Positions 15,101-29,059 of a DNA stretch of 64,000 nucleotides are shown here, in pieces. Source of the DNA: the human T2T-CHM13v2.0 reference genome, Homo sapiens; the NCBI RefSeq assembly GCF_009914755.1, contig NC_060933.1; one strand, written 5' to 3'. Numbering within the stretch: the first letter of the stretch is position 1; each line of letters begins with the position of its first letter. Both the position numbers and the translations under genes were made by a program. Below the pieces are notes generated by a model. That model ran no database searches. It had not been told where the DNA came from and saw only the letters and a list, made by a program, of their open reading frames with translations.

Positions 15101-18100
15101 GACTGCAATGGAATTGAGTGGAATGGAATGGAATGGAATGGAACAACCCGAATTGAATGGAATGTAATGGAGAGTAAGGGAGTTGAATAGAATCAATCCG
15201 AATGTAATGGAATGGAATGGAACAGAATGGAATGGAATGGAATGGAATGGAATTGAATGGAATGGAATGGAATGGAATGGAATGGAATCAACGCGAGTGC
15301 AGGGGAATGTAATGGAACGGAATGCAATGCAATGGAATCATCCGGAATGGAATGCAATGGAATGGAATGGAATGGAGTCAATCCGAGTACAGGGGAATGG
15401 AATGGAATGGAATGCAATGGAATGGAATCATCCGTAATGGAATGGAAAGGAATGGAATGGAATGGAATGGAATGGATTCAACTAGATTGCAATGGAATGG
15501 ATTGGAATGGAATGCAATGGAATGGAATCATCCGTAATGGAATGGAAAGGAATGGAATGGAATGGAATGGAATGGATTCAACTCGATTGCAATGGAATGG
15601 AATAGAATGGAATGGAATGGAATGGAATAGAAATAATCCGAGTAGAATGGAATGGAATGGAATGGAACGGAATGGAACGGAATGGAATGGAATGGAATGG
15701 TATGGAATGGAATGGAAAGGTACGGAATAGAATGGAATGGAACGAATTGTAATGGAATGGAATTGAATGGAATGGAATGGAATGGAATGGAATCAACGCG
15801 AGTGCAGGGGAATGTAATGGAACGGAATGCAATGGTATGGAATCATCCGGAATGGAATGGAATGGAATGGAATGGAATGGAATGGAATAAACCCGAGTGC
15901 AATGGAATGGAGTGGAATGGAATGGAATGGAATGGAACAACCCGAATGGAATGGAATGGAATGGAGAGTAAGGGAGTTGAATAGAATCAATCCGAATGTA
16001 ATGGAATGGAATGCAACGGAATGGAATGGAATGGAATGGAATGGAATGCAATGGAATTGAATCAACCCGAGTACAATGGAATGGAATGGAATGGAATGGA
16101 ATGGAATGGAATGGAATGGAATGGAATGGAATGGAATGGAATGATACGGAATAGAATGGAATGGAACGAAATGGAATGGAATGGAATGGAATGGAATGGA
16201 ATGGAATGGAATGGAATGGAATGGAATCGTTCCGAGTGGAATAGGAGGGAATGTTTTCGAGTGGAATGGAAAGGAATGGAATCAACCAGAGTGGAATGGA
16301 AGGGAATGGAATGGAATGGAAACTAATAGAATGGAATCAACCCGAGTGGAATGGAATGGAAAGGACTGGAATGGAATGGAATGGAATGGGATCAACTCGA
16401 TTGTAAAGGAATGGAATGGAATGGAATGGAATTAACCCGAATAAAATGCAATGGAATGGAATGGAACGGAATGGAGTGGAATGGAATGGAATCAACCCGA
16501 GTGCAGGGGAATGGAATGGAATGGAATGCAATGGAATGGAATCATCCGGAATGGAATGGAATGGAATGGAATGCAAAGCAATGGAATCAACTCGATTGCA
16601 ATGGAATGGTATGGAATGGAAAGGAATACATTGGAATCAACCCGAGTGGAATGGAATGGAAAGGACTGGAATGGAGTGGAATGGAATGGAATGGAATGGA
16701 ATGGAATCAACTCGATTGGAATGGAATGGAATGGAATGGAATGGAATGGAATTAACCCGAATAGAATGGAATGTAATGGAATGGAACGGAACGGAATGGA
16801 ATGGAATGGAATGGAATGGAATGGAATGGAAACAACCCTACTGCAGGGGAATGGAATGGAATGGAATGCAATGGAATGGATTCAACTTGAATGGAATGGA
16901 AAGAATGGAATCAACACGAGTGGAATGGCATGGATTGGAATGGTATGGAATGGAATCAACCCGAGTACACGGGAATGGAATGCAATGGAATGCAATGGAA
17001 TGGAATCATCCGTAATGGAATGGAAAGGAATGGAATGGAATGGAATGGAATGGAATGGAATGGAATCAACTCGATTGCAATCGAATGGAATGGAATGGAA
17101 TTAACCCGAATAGAATGGAATGGAATGGAATGGAACGGAACGGAACGGAATGCAATGGAATGGAATGGAATGGAACGGAAAGGAATGGAATGGAATGGAA
17201 TGGAATGGAATGGAATGGAATGGAATCAACGCGAGTGCAGGGGAATGGAATGGAATGGAATGGAATCAACTCGATTGGAATGGAATGGAATGGAATGGAA
17301 TGGAATTAACCCGAATAGAATGGAATGGAATGGAATGGAACGGAACGGAACGGAACGAAATGGAATGGAATGGAATGGAATGGAATGGAACGGAAAGGAA
17401 TGGAATGGAATGGAATGGAATGGAATGGAATGGAATCAACGCCAGTGCAGGTGAATGGAATGGAATGGAATGGAATCAACTCGATTGGAATGGAATGGAA
17501 TGGAATGGATTGGAATTAACCCGAATAGAATGGAATGGAATGGAAAGGAACGGAACGGAATGGAATGGAATGGAATGGAATGGAATGGAAACAACCCTAC
17601 TGCAGGGGAATGGAATGGAATGGAATGCAATGGAATGGATTCAACTTGAATGGAATGGAAAGAATGGAATCAACACGAGTGGAATGGCATGGATTGGAAT
17701 GGAATGGAATGGAATCAACCCGAGTATGCGGGAATGGAATGGAATGGAATGCAATGGAATGGGATCATCCGTAATGGAATGGAAAGGAATGGAATGGAAT
17801 GGAATGGAATGGAATGGAATGGAATCAACTCGATTGCAATCGAATGGAATGGAATGGAATTAACCCGAATAGAATGGAATGGAATGGAATGGAACGGAAC
17901 GGAACGGAATGGAATGGAATGGAATGGAATGGAACGGAAAGGAATGGAATGGAATGGAATGGAATGGAATGGTATGGCATGGAATCAACGCGAGTGCAGG
18001 GGAATGGAATGGAATGGAATGCAATGGAATGGAATCTTCCGGAATGGAACGGAATGGAATGGAATGGAATGGAATGGAATGGAACAACACGAATGGAATG

Positions 18101-19756
18101 GAATGTAATGGGGAGTGTAATGGAGAGGGTAAAACCGAGTGCAATGGAATGGAGTGGAATGGAATGGAATGGAATGGAACAACCCGAATGGAATGGAATG
18201 TAATGGAGAGTAAGGGAGTTGAATAGAATCAATCCGAATGTAATGGAATGGAATGGAACGGAATGGAATGGAATGGAATGGAATGGAATGCAATGGAATG
18301 GAATCAACCCGAGTTCAATGGAATGGAGAGGAATGGAATGGAATGGAATGGAAACTACCCGAATGGAATGGAATGTAATGGAGTGTAAGGGAATTGAATA
18401 GAATCAATCCGAGTGTAATGGAATGGAATGGAACGGAATGGAATGGAATGGAATGGAATGTAATGGAATGCAATGGAATGGAATGAACCCGAGTGCAATC
18501 GAATGGAATCGAATGGAATGGAATGCAATGGAATGGATTCAACTTGAATGGAATGGAAAGAATGGAATCAACACGAGTGGAAGGGCATGGATTGGAATGC
18601 AATGGAATGGAATCAACCCGAGTACAGGGGAATGGAATGGAATGGAATGCAATGGAATGGAATCATCCGTAATGGAATGGAAAGGAATGGAATGGAATGG
18701 AATGGAATGGAATGGAATGGAATCAACTCGATTGCAATTGAATGGAATGGAATGGAATTAACCCGAATAGAATGGAATGGAATGGAACGGAACGGAACGC
18801 AATGGAATGGAATGGAATGGAACGGAAAGGGAATGGAATGGAATAGAATGGAATGGAATGGAATCAACGTGAGTGCAGGGGAATGGAATGGAATGGAATG
18901 CAATGGAATGGAATCTTCCGGAATGGAATGGAATGGAATGGAATGGAATGGAATGGAATGGAATCAACCCGAGTGCAATGGAATTGAGTGGAATGGAATG
19001 GAATGGAATGGAACAACCCGAATTGAATGGAATGTAATGGAGAGTAAGGGAGTTGAATAGAATCAATCCGAATGTAATGGAATGGAATGTAACAGAATGG
19101 AATGGAATGGAATGTAATGGAATTGAATGGAATGGAATGGAATGGAATGGAATGGAATCAACGCAAGTGCAGGGGAATGTAATGGAACGGAATGCAATGG
19201 AATGGAATCATCCGGAATGGAATGGAATGGAATGGAATGGAATGGAATCAACCCGAGTACAGGGGAATGGAATGGAATGGAATGCAATGGAATGGAATCA
19301 TCCGTAATGGAATGGAAAGGAATGGAATGGAATGGAATGGAATGGAATGGATTCAACTCGATTGCAATGGAATGGATTGGAATGGAATGCAATGGAATGG
19401 AATCATCCGTAATGGAATGGAAAGGAATGGAATGGAATGGAATGGAATGGATTCAACTCGATTGCAATGGAATGGAATAGAATGGAATGGAATGGAATGG
19501 AATGGAATTAATCCGAATAGAATGGAATGGAATGGAATGGAACGGAATGGAACGGAATGGAATGGAATGGAATGGTATGGAATGGAATGGAAAGGTACGG
19601 AATAGAATGGAATGGAACGAACTGTAATGGAATGGAATTGAATGGAATGGAATGGAATGGAATGGAATCAACGCGAGTGCAGGGGAATGTAATGGAACGG
19701 AATGCAATGGAATGGAATCATCCGGAATGGAATGGAATGGAATGGAATGGAATGGA
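12104..19756 (+). repeat. ~3.85-kb tandem duplication (copy 1 ~12104-15942, copy 2 ~15943-19756)
   Basis: Shared private variants: GGATCAACTCGATTGTAAAGG (~12535/16389), CAACGCCAGTGCAGGTGAA (13578/17437), GGGGAGTGTAATGGAGAGGGTAAAACCG (~14256/18110), GAGTGGAAGGGCATGG (14721/18575). ORF offsets are 3854-3870. Confidence 0.88.
15400..15600 (+). repeat. 100-bp tandem microduplication (105 bp in the sister copy at ~19270-19480)
   Basis: CATCCGTAATGG...GGATTCAACT at 15429 and 15529; at 19299 and 19404 in copy 2. Confidence 0.75.
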
Positions 19757-21009
19757 ACAACCCGAATTGAATGGAATGTAATGGAGAGTAAGGGAGTTGA
19801 ATAGAATCAATCCGAATGTAATGGAATGGAATGGAACAGAATGGAACGGAATGGAACGGAATGGAATGGAATGGAATGGAATGGAATGGAATGGAATCAA
19901 CGCGAGTGCAGGGGAATGTAATGGAACGGAATGCAATGGAATGGAATCATCCGGAATGGAATGGAATGGAATGGAATGGAATGGAATGGAATCAACCCGA
20001 GTGCAATGGAATGGAGTGGAATGGAATGGAATGGAATGGAACAACCCGAATGGAATGGAATGAAATGGAGAGTAAGGGAGTTGAATAGAATCAATCCGAA
20101 TGTAATGGAATGGAATGCAACGGAATGGAATGGAATGGAATGGAATGGAATGGAATGCAATGGAATGGAATCAACCCGAGTACAATGGAATGGAATGGAA
20201 TGGAATGGAATGGAATGGAATGGATTGGAATACCTTCAAACCGAATGGAATGGAAAGGAATGGAATCAACACGAGTGGAATGGAATGGAATGGAATGGAA
20301 TGGAATGGCATGGAATGGAATGGAATGATACGGAATAGAATGGAATGGCACGAAATGGAATGGAATGGAATGGAATGGAATGGAATGGAATGGAATGGAA
20401 TGGAATCGTTCCGAGTGGAATAGGAGGGAATGTATTCGAGTGGAATGGAAAGGAATGGAATCAACCAGAGTAGAATGGAAGGGAATGGAATGGAATGGAA
20501 ACTAATAGAATGGAATCAACCCGAGTGGAATGGAATGGAAAGGACTGGAATGGAAAGTAATGGAATGGAATGGAATGGAATGGAATGGAATGGAATGGAA
20601 TGGAATGGAATGGAATCAACGCGAGTGCAGGGGAATGGAATGGAATCGAATGGAATGGAATGGAATGGAATGGAATCAACTCGATTGCAATCGAATGGAA
20701 TGGAATGGAATTAACCCGAATAGAATGGAATGGAATGGAATGGAACGGAGCGTAATGGAATGGAATGGAGTGGAAAGGAATGCAACGGAACGGAATGGAA
20801 TGGAATGGAATGGAATGGAATGGAATGGAATCAACGCGAGTGCAGGGGAATGGAATGGAATGGAATGCAATGGAATGGAATCTTCCGGAATGGAATGGAA
20901 TGGAATGGAATGGAATGAAATGCAATGGGTTCAACTCGATTGCAATGGAATGGAATAGAATGGAATGGAATGGAATGGAATGGCATTAATTCGAATAGAA
21001 TCGAATTGA

Positions 21010-22635
21010 ATGGAATGGAACGGAATGGAACGGAATGGAATGGAATGGAATGGAATGGTATGGAATGGAATGGAATGGTACGGAATAGAATGGAATGGAA
21101 CGAATTGTAATGGAATGGAATTGAATGGAATGGAATGGAATGGAATGGAATCAACGCGAGTGCAGGGGAATGTAATGGAATGGAATGCAATAGAATGGAA
21201 TCATCCGCAATGGAATGGAATGGAATGGAATGGAATGGAATCTACCCGAGTGCAATGGAATGGAGTGGAATGGAATGGAATGGAATGGAACAACCCGAAT
21301 GGAATGGAATGTAATGGAGAGTAAGGGAGTTGAATAGAATCAATCCGAATGTAATGAAATGGAATGCAACGGAATGGAATGGAATGGAATGGAATGGAAT
21401 GCAATGGAATTGAATCAACCCGAGTACAATGGAATGGAATGGAATGGAATGGAATGGAAGGGAATGGAATGGAATGGAATGATACGGAATAGAATGGAAT
21501 GGAACGAAATGGAATGGAATGGAATGGAATGGAATGGAATGGAATCGTTCCGAGTGGAATGGGAGGGAATGTATTCGAGTGGAATGGAAAGGAATGGAAT
21601 CAACCAGAGTGGAATGGAAGGGAATGGAATGGAATGGAAACTAATAGAATTGAAACAAACTAAGAGGAATGGAATGGAAAGGAATGGAATGGAATGGAAT
21701 GGAATCAACTCGATTGTAATGCAATGGAATGGAATGGAATGGAATGGAATGGAATGGAATGGAATTAACCCGAATACAATGCAATGGAATGGAATGGAAC
21801 GGAATGGAGTGGAATGGAATGGAATCAACCCGAGTGCAGGGGAATGGAATGGAATGGAATGCAATGGAATGGAATCATCCGGAATGGAATGGAATGGAAT
21901 GGAATGCAAAGCAATGGAATCAACTCAATTGCAATGGAATGGAATGGAATGGAAAGGAATACATTGGAGTCAACCCGAGTGGAATGGAATGGAAAGGACT
22001 GGAATGGAGTGGAATGGAATGGAATGCAATGGAATGGAATCATCCGTAATGGAATGGAAAGGAATGGAATGGAATGGAATGGAATGGAATGGAATGGAAT
22101 GGAATGCAATGGAATCAACTCGATTGCAATCGAATGGAATGGAATGGAATTAACCCGAATAGAATGGAATGGAATGGAATGGAACGGAACGGAACGGAAT
22201 CAACGCGAGTGCAAGGGAATAGAATGGAATGGAATACAATGGAATGCAAAGGAATGGAATGGAATGGAACGGAAAGGAATGGAATGGAATGGAATGGAAT
22301 GGAATGGAATGGAATCAACGCGAGTGCAAGGGAATGGAATGGAATGGAATGCAATGGAATGGAATATTCGGGAATGGAATGGAATGGAATGCAATGGAAT
22401 TGAATCAACCCGAGTACAATGGAATGGAATGGAATGGAATGGAATGGAATGGAATGGAATGGAATGGAATCGTTCCGAGTGGAATAGGAGGGAATGTATT
22501 CGAGTGGAATGGAAAGGAATGGAATCAACAAGAGTGGAATGGAAGGGAATGGAATGGAATGGAAACTAACAGAATGGAATCCACCCGAGTGGAATGGAAT
22601 GGAAAGGACTGGAATGGAATGGAATGGAATGGAAT
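21010..22635 (+). repeat. Dispersed copy of 8286-9911
   Basis: Same private variants in the same order. ORF pairs 8477/21201, 9005/21729 and 9101/21825 are all at offset 12724. Confidence 0.88.
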
Positions 22636-25600
22636 CAACTCGATTGTAATGGAATGGAATGGAATGGAATGGAATGGAATGGAATTAACCCGAATACAAT
22701 GCAATGGAATGGAATGGAACGGAATGGAGTGGAATGGAATGGAATCAACCCGAGTGCAGGGGAATGGAATGGAATGGAATGCAATGGAATGGAATCATCC
22801 GGAATGGAATGGAATGGAATGGATTGCAAAGCAATGGAATCAACTCGATTGCAATGGAATGGAATGGAATGGAAAGGAATACATTGGAATCAACCCGAGT
22901 GGAATGGAATGGAAAGGACTGGAATGGAGTGGAATGGAATGAAATGGAATGGAATGGAATCAACTCGATTGGAATGGAATGGAATGGAATTAACCCGAAT
23001 AGAATGGAATGGAATGGAATGGAACGGAACGGAATGGAATGGAATGGAATGGAATGGAATGGAAACAACCCGACTGCAGGGGAATGGAATGGATTCGAAT
23101 GCAATGGAATGGATTCAACTTGAATGGAATGGAAAGAATGGAATCAACACGAGTGGAATGGCATGGATTGGAATGGAATGGAATGGAATCAACCCGAGTA
23201 CAGGGGAATGCAATGGAATGGAATGCAATGGAATGGAATCATCCGTAATGGAATGGAATGGAATGGAATGGAATGGAATGGAATGGAATGGAATCAACTC
23301 GATTGCAATCGAACGGAATGGAATGGAATTAACCCGAATAGAATGGAATGGAATGGAATGGAACGGAACGGAACGGAATGGAATGCATTGGAATGGAATG
23401 GAATAGAATGGAATGGAACGGAAAGGAATGGAATGGAATGGAATGGAATGGAATGGAATGGAATGGAATCAACGCGAGTGCAAGGGAATGGAATGGAATG
23501 GAATGCAATGGAATGGAATCTTCGGGAATGGAATGGAATGGAATGGAATGGAATGGAATGGAATGGAATAAACCCGAGTGCAATGGAATGGAGTGGAATG
23601 GAATGGAATGGAATGGAACAACCCGAATGGAATGGAATGTAATGGAGAGTAAGGGAGTTGAATAGAATCAATCCGAATGTAATGGAATGGAATGGAACGG
23701 AATGGAATTGAATGGAATGGAATGGAATGGAATGGAATGGAATCAACCCGAGTGCAATGGAATGGAGAGGAATGGAATGGAATGGAATGGAAACTACCCG
23801 AATGGAATGGAATATAATGGACTGTAAGGGAATTGAATAGAATCAATCCGAATATAATGGAATGGAATGGAACGGAATGGAATGGAATGGAATGGAATGG
23901 AATGCAATGGAATGGAATCAACCCGAGTGCAATCGAATGGAATCGAATGGAATGGAATGCAATGGAATGGATTCAACTTGAATGGAATGGAAAGAATGGA
24001 ATCAACACGAGTGGAATGGCATGGATTGGAATGGAATGGAATGGAATCAACCCGAGTACAGGGGAATGGAATGGAATGGAATGCAATGGAATGGAATCAT
24101 CCGTAATGGAATGGAAAGGAATGGAATGGAATGGAATGGAATGGAATGGAATGGAATGGAATCAACTCGATTGCAATCGAATGGAATGGAATGGAATTAA
24201 CCCGAATAGAATGGAATGGAATGGAATGGAACGGAACGGAATGGAATGGAATGGAATGGAATGGAATGGAATGGAATGGAACGGAAAGGAAGGGAATGGA
24301 ATGGAATAGAAGGGAATGGAATGGAATGGAATGGAATGGTATGGAATGGAATGGAATGGAATGGTACGGAATAGAATGGAATGGAACGAATTGTAATGGA
24401 ATGGAATTGAATGGAATGGAATGGAATGGAATGGAATCAACGCGAGTGCAGGGGAATGTAATGGAACGGAATGCAATGGAATGGAATCATCCGGAATGGA
24501 ATGGAATGGAATGGAATGGAATGGAATCAACCCGAGTGCAATGGAATGGAGTGGAATGGAATGGAATGGAATGGAACAACACGAATGGAATGGAATCAAA
24601 TGGAGAGTAAGGGAGTTGAATAGAATCAATCCGAATGTAATGGAATGGAATGCAACGGAATGTAATGGAATGGAATGGAATGGAATGCAATGGAATGGAA
24701 TCAACCCGAGTACAATGGAATGGAATGGAATGGAATGGAATGGAATGGAATGGATTGGAATACCTTCAAACCGAATGGAATGGAAAGGAATGGAATCAAC
24801 ACGAGTGGAATGGAATGGAATGGAATGGAATGGAATGGCATGGAATGGAATGGAATGATACGGAATAGAATGGAATGGAACGAAATGGAATGGAATGGAA
24901 TGGAATGGAATGGAATGGAATGGAATGGAATGGAATCGTTCCGAGTGGAACAGCAGGGAATGTATTCGAGTGGAATGGAAAGGAATGGAATCAACCAGAG
25001 TAGAATGGAAGGGAATGGAATGGAATGGAAACTAATAGAATGGAATAAACCCGAGTGGAATGGAATGGAAAGGACTGGAATGGAAAGGAATGGAATGGAA
25101 TGGAATGGAATGGAATGGAATGGAATCAACACGAGTGCAGGGGAATGGAATGGAATCGAATGGAATGGAATGGAATGGAATGGAATGGAATGGAATGGAA
25201 TCAACCCGAGTGCAGGGGAATGTAATGGAATGCAATGCAATGGAATGGAATTATCCGGAATGGAATGGAATGGAATGGAATGGAATCAACCCGAGTGCAA
25301 TGGAATGGAGTGGAATGGAATGGAATGGAATGGAACAACCCGAATGGAATGGAATGTAATGGAGAGTAAGGGAGTTGAAAAGAATCAATCCGAATGTAAT
25401 GGAATGGAATGGAACGGAATGGAATGGAATGGAATGGAATGGAATGGAATGTAATGGAAAGCAATGGAATGGAATCAACCCGAGTACAATGGAATGGAGT
25501 GGAATGGAATGGAATGGAATGGAATGGAATCAACGCGAGTGCAGGGGAATGCAATGGAATCGAATGGAATGGAAAGGAATGGAATGGAATCAACCCGAGT

Positions 25601-28120
25601 GCAGGGGAATGTAATAGAACGGAATGCAATGGAATGGAATCATCCGGAATGGAATGGAATGGAATGGAATGGAATCAACCCGAGTGCAATGGAATGGAGT
25701 GGAATGGAATGGAATGGAATGGAACAACCCGAATGGAATGGAATGTAATGAAGAGTAAGGGAGTTGAAAAGAATCAATCCGAATGTAATGGAATGGAATG
25801 GAACGGAATGGAATGGAATGGAATGGAATGAAATGGAATGCAATGGAATGGAATCATCCCGAGTACAAAGGAATGGAATGGAATGGAAGGAATGGAATGG
25901 AATGGAATGGAATGGAATGCAATGGAATGGAATCTTCCGGAATGGAATGGAATGGAATGGAATGGAATGGAATGGAATGGAATGGAATGCAATGGATTCA
26001 ACTCGAATGCAATGGAATGGAATAGAATGGAATGGAATGGAATGGAATGGAATGGAATTAAACCGAATAGAATGGAATGGAATGGAATGGAACGGAACAG
26101 AACGGAACGGAAAGGAAAGGAGTGGAATGGAATGGAATGGAATTGTATGGAATGGAATGGAATGGAATGGTACGGAATAGAATGGAATGGAAAGAATTGG
26201 AATGGAATGGAATGGAATGGAATGGAATGGAATGGAATGGAATCAACCCGAGTGCAGGGGAATGTAATGGAACGGAATGCAATGGAATGGAATCATCCGG
26301 AATGGAATGGAATGGAATGGAATGGAATGGAATGGAATGGAATCAACCTGAGCGCAATGGAATGGAGTGAAATGGAATGGAATGGAATGGAGACAACCAG
26401 AATGGAATGGAATATAATGGAGTGTAAGGGAATTGAATAGAATCAATCTGAATGTAATGAAATGGAATGGAACGGAATGGAATGGAATGTAATGGAATGG
26501 AATGGAATGCAATGGAATGGAATCAACCCGAGTGCAATCGAATGGAATCAAATGGAATGGAATGCAATGGAATGGATTCAACTTGAATGGAATGGAAAGA
26601 ATGGAATCAACACGAGTGGAATGGCATGGATTGGAATGGAATGGAATGGAATCAACCCGAGTATAGGGGAATGGAATGGAATGCAATGCAATGGAATGGA
26701 ATCATCCGTAATGGAATGGAAAGGAATGGAATGGAATGGAATGGAATGGAATGGAATGGAATGGAATCAACTCGATTGCAATCGAATGGAATGGAATGGA
26801 ATTAACCCGAATAGAATGGAATGCAATGGAATGGAACGGAACGGAATGGAATGGAATGGAATGGAATGGAGTGGAATGGAATGGAACGGAAAGGAAAGGA
26901 ATGGAATGGAATAGAATGGAATGGAATGGAATCAACGCGAGTGCAGGGGAATGGAATGGAATGGAATGCAATGGAATGGAATCTTCCGGAATGGAATGGA
27001 ATGGAATGGAATGGAATGGAATGGAATCAACCCGAGTGCAATGGAATGGAGTGGAATGGAATGGAATGGAAGGGAACAACCCGAATGGAATGGAATGGAA
27101 TGGAGAGTAAGGGAGTTGAATAGAATTAATCCGAATGTAATGGAATGGAATGGAACGGAATGGAATTGAATGGAATGGAATGGAATGCAATGGAATGGAA
27201 TCAACCCGAGTGCAATGGAATGGAGAGGAATGGAATGGAATGGAATGGAAACTACCCGAATGGAATGGAATGTAATGGAGTGTAAGGGAATTGAATAGAA
27301 TCAATCCGAATGTAATGGAATGGAATGGAACGGAATGGAATGGAATGGAATGGAATGGAAAGGAATGCAATGGAATGGAATCAACCCGAGTGTAATCGAA
27401 TGGAATCGAATGGAATGGAATGCAATGGAATGGATTCAACTTGAATGGAATGGAAAGAATGGAATCAACACGAGTGGAATGGCATGGATTGGAATGGAAT
27501 GGAATGGAATCAACCCGAGTACAGGGGAATGGAATGGAATGGAATGCAATGGAATGGAATCATCCGTAATGGAATGGAAAGGAATGGAATGGAATGGAAT
27601 GGAATGGAATGGAATCAACTCGATTGCAATCGAATGGAATGGAATGGAATTAACCCAAATAGAATGGAATGGAATGGAATGGAACGGAACGTAATGGAAT
27701 GGAATGGAATGGAATGGAATGGAATGGAACGGAACGGAATGGAATGGAATGGAATGGAACGGAATGGAATGGAATCAACGCGAGTGCAGGGGAATGGAAT
27801 GGAATGGAATGCAATGGAATGGAATCTTCCGGAATGGAATGGAATGGAATGGAATGGAATGGAATGGAATGGAATGGAATTAACCCGAATAGAATGGAAT
27901 GGAATGGAATGGAACGGAACGGAATGGAATGGAATGGAATGGAATGGAATGGAACGGAAAGGAAGGGAATGGAATGGAATAGAATGGAATGGAATGGAAT
28001 CAACGCGAGTGCAGGGGAATGGAATGGATTGGAATGCAATGGATTCAACTCGATTGCAATGGAATGGAATACAATGGAATGGAATGGAATTAATCCGAAT
28101 AGAATGGAATGGAATGGAAT

Positions 28121-28165
28121 GGAACGGAACAGAACGGAACGGAACAGAACGGAACGGAACAGAAC
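28121..28165 (+). repeat. (GGAACGGAACAGAAC)3, a 15-bp secondary repeat
   Basis: Three perfect 15-bp units read directly. Confidence 0.9.
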
Positions 28166-29059
28166 GGAGTGGAATGGAATGGAATGGAATTGTATGGAAT
28201 GGAATGGCATGGTACGGAATAGAATGGAATGGAAAGAATTGGAATGGAATGGAATCGAATGGAATGGAATGGAATGGAATGGAATTAACCCGAGTGCAGG
28301 GGAATGTAATGGAACGGAATGCAATGGAATGGAATCATCCGGAATGGAATGGAATGGAATGGAATGGAATGGAATGGAATCAACCCGAGTGCAATGGATT
28401 GGAGTGGAATGGAATGGAATGGAATGGAACAACCCGAATGGAATGGAATGTAATGGAGAGTAAGGGAGTTGAATAGAATCAATCCGAATGTAATGGAATG
28501 GAACGGAATGGAATGGAATGGAATGGAATGGAATGCAATGGAATGGAATCAACCCGAGTACAATGGAATGGAATGGAATGGAATGGAATGGAATGGAATG
28601 GAATGGAATCAACCCGAGTGCAATGGAATGTAGAGGAATGGAATGGAATGGAATGGAAACTACCCGAATGGAATGGAATGTAATGGAGTGTAAGGGAATT
28701 GAATAGAATCAATCCGAATGGAATGGAATGGAATGGAACTGAATGTAATGGAATGGAATCAACCCGAGTGCAGGGGAATGGAATGGAATGGAATGCAATG
28801 GAATGCAATCATCCGGAATGGAATGGAATGGAATGCAGTGGAATGGAATGGAATGGAATCAACCCGAGTGCAATGGAATGGAGTGAAATGGAATGGAATG
28901 GAATGGAAACAACCAGAATGGATTGGAATATAATGGAGTGTAAGGGAATTGAATAGAATCAATCTGAATGTAATGAAATGGAATGGAACGGAATGTAATG
29001 TAATGGAATGGAATGGAATGCAATGGAATGGAATCAACCCGAGTGCAATCGAATGGAAT

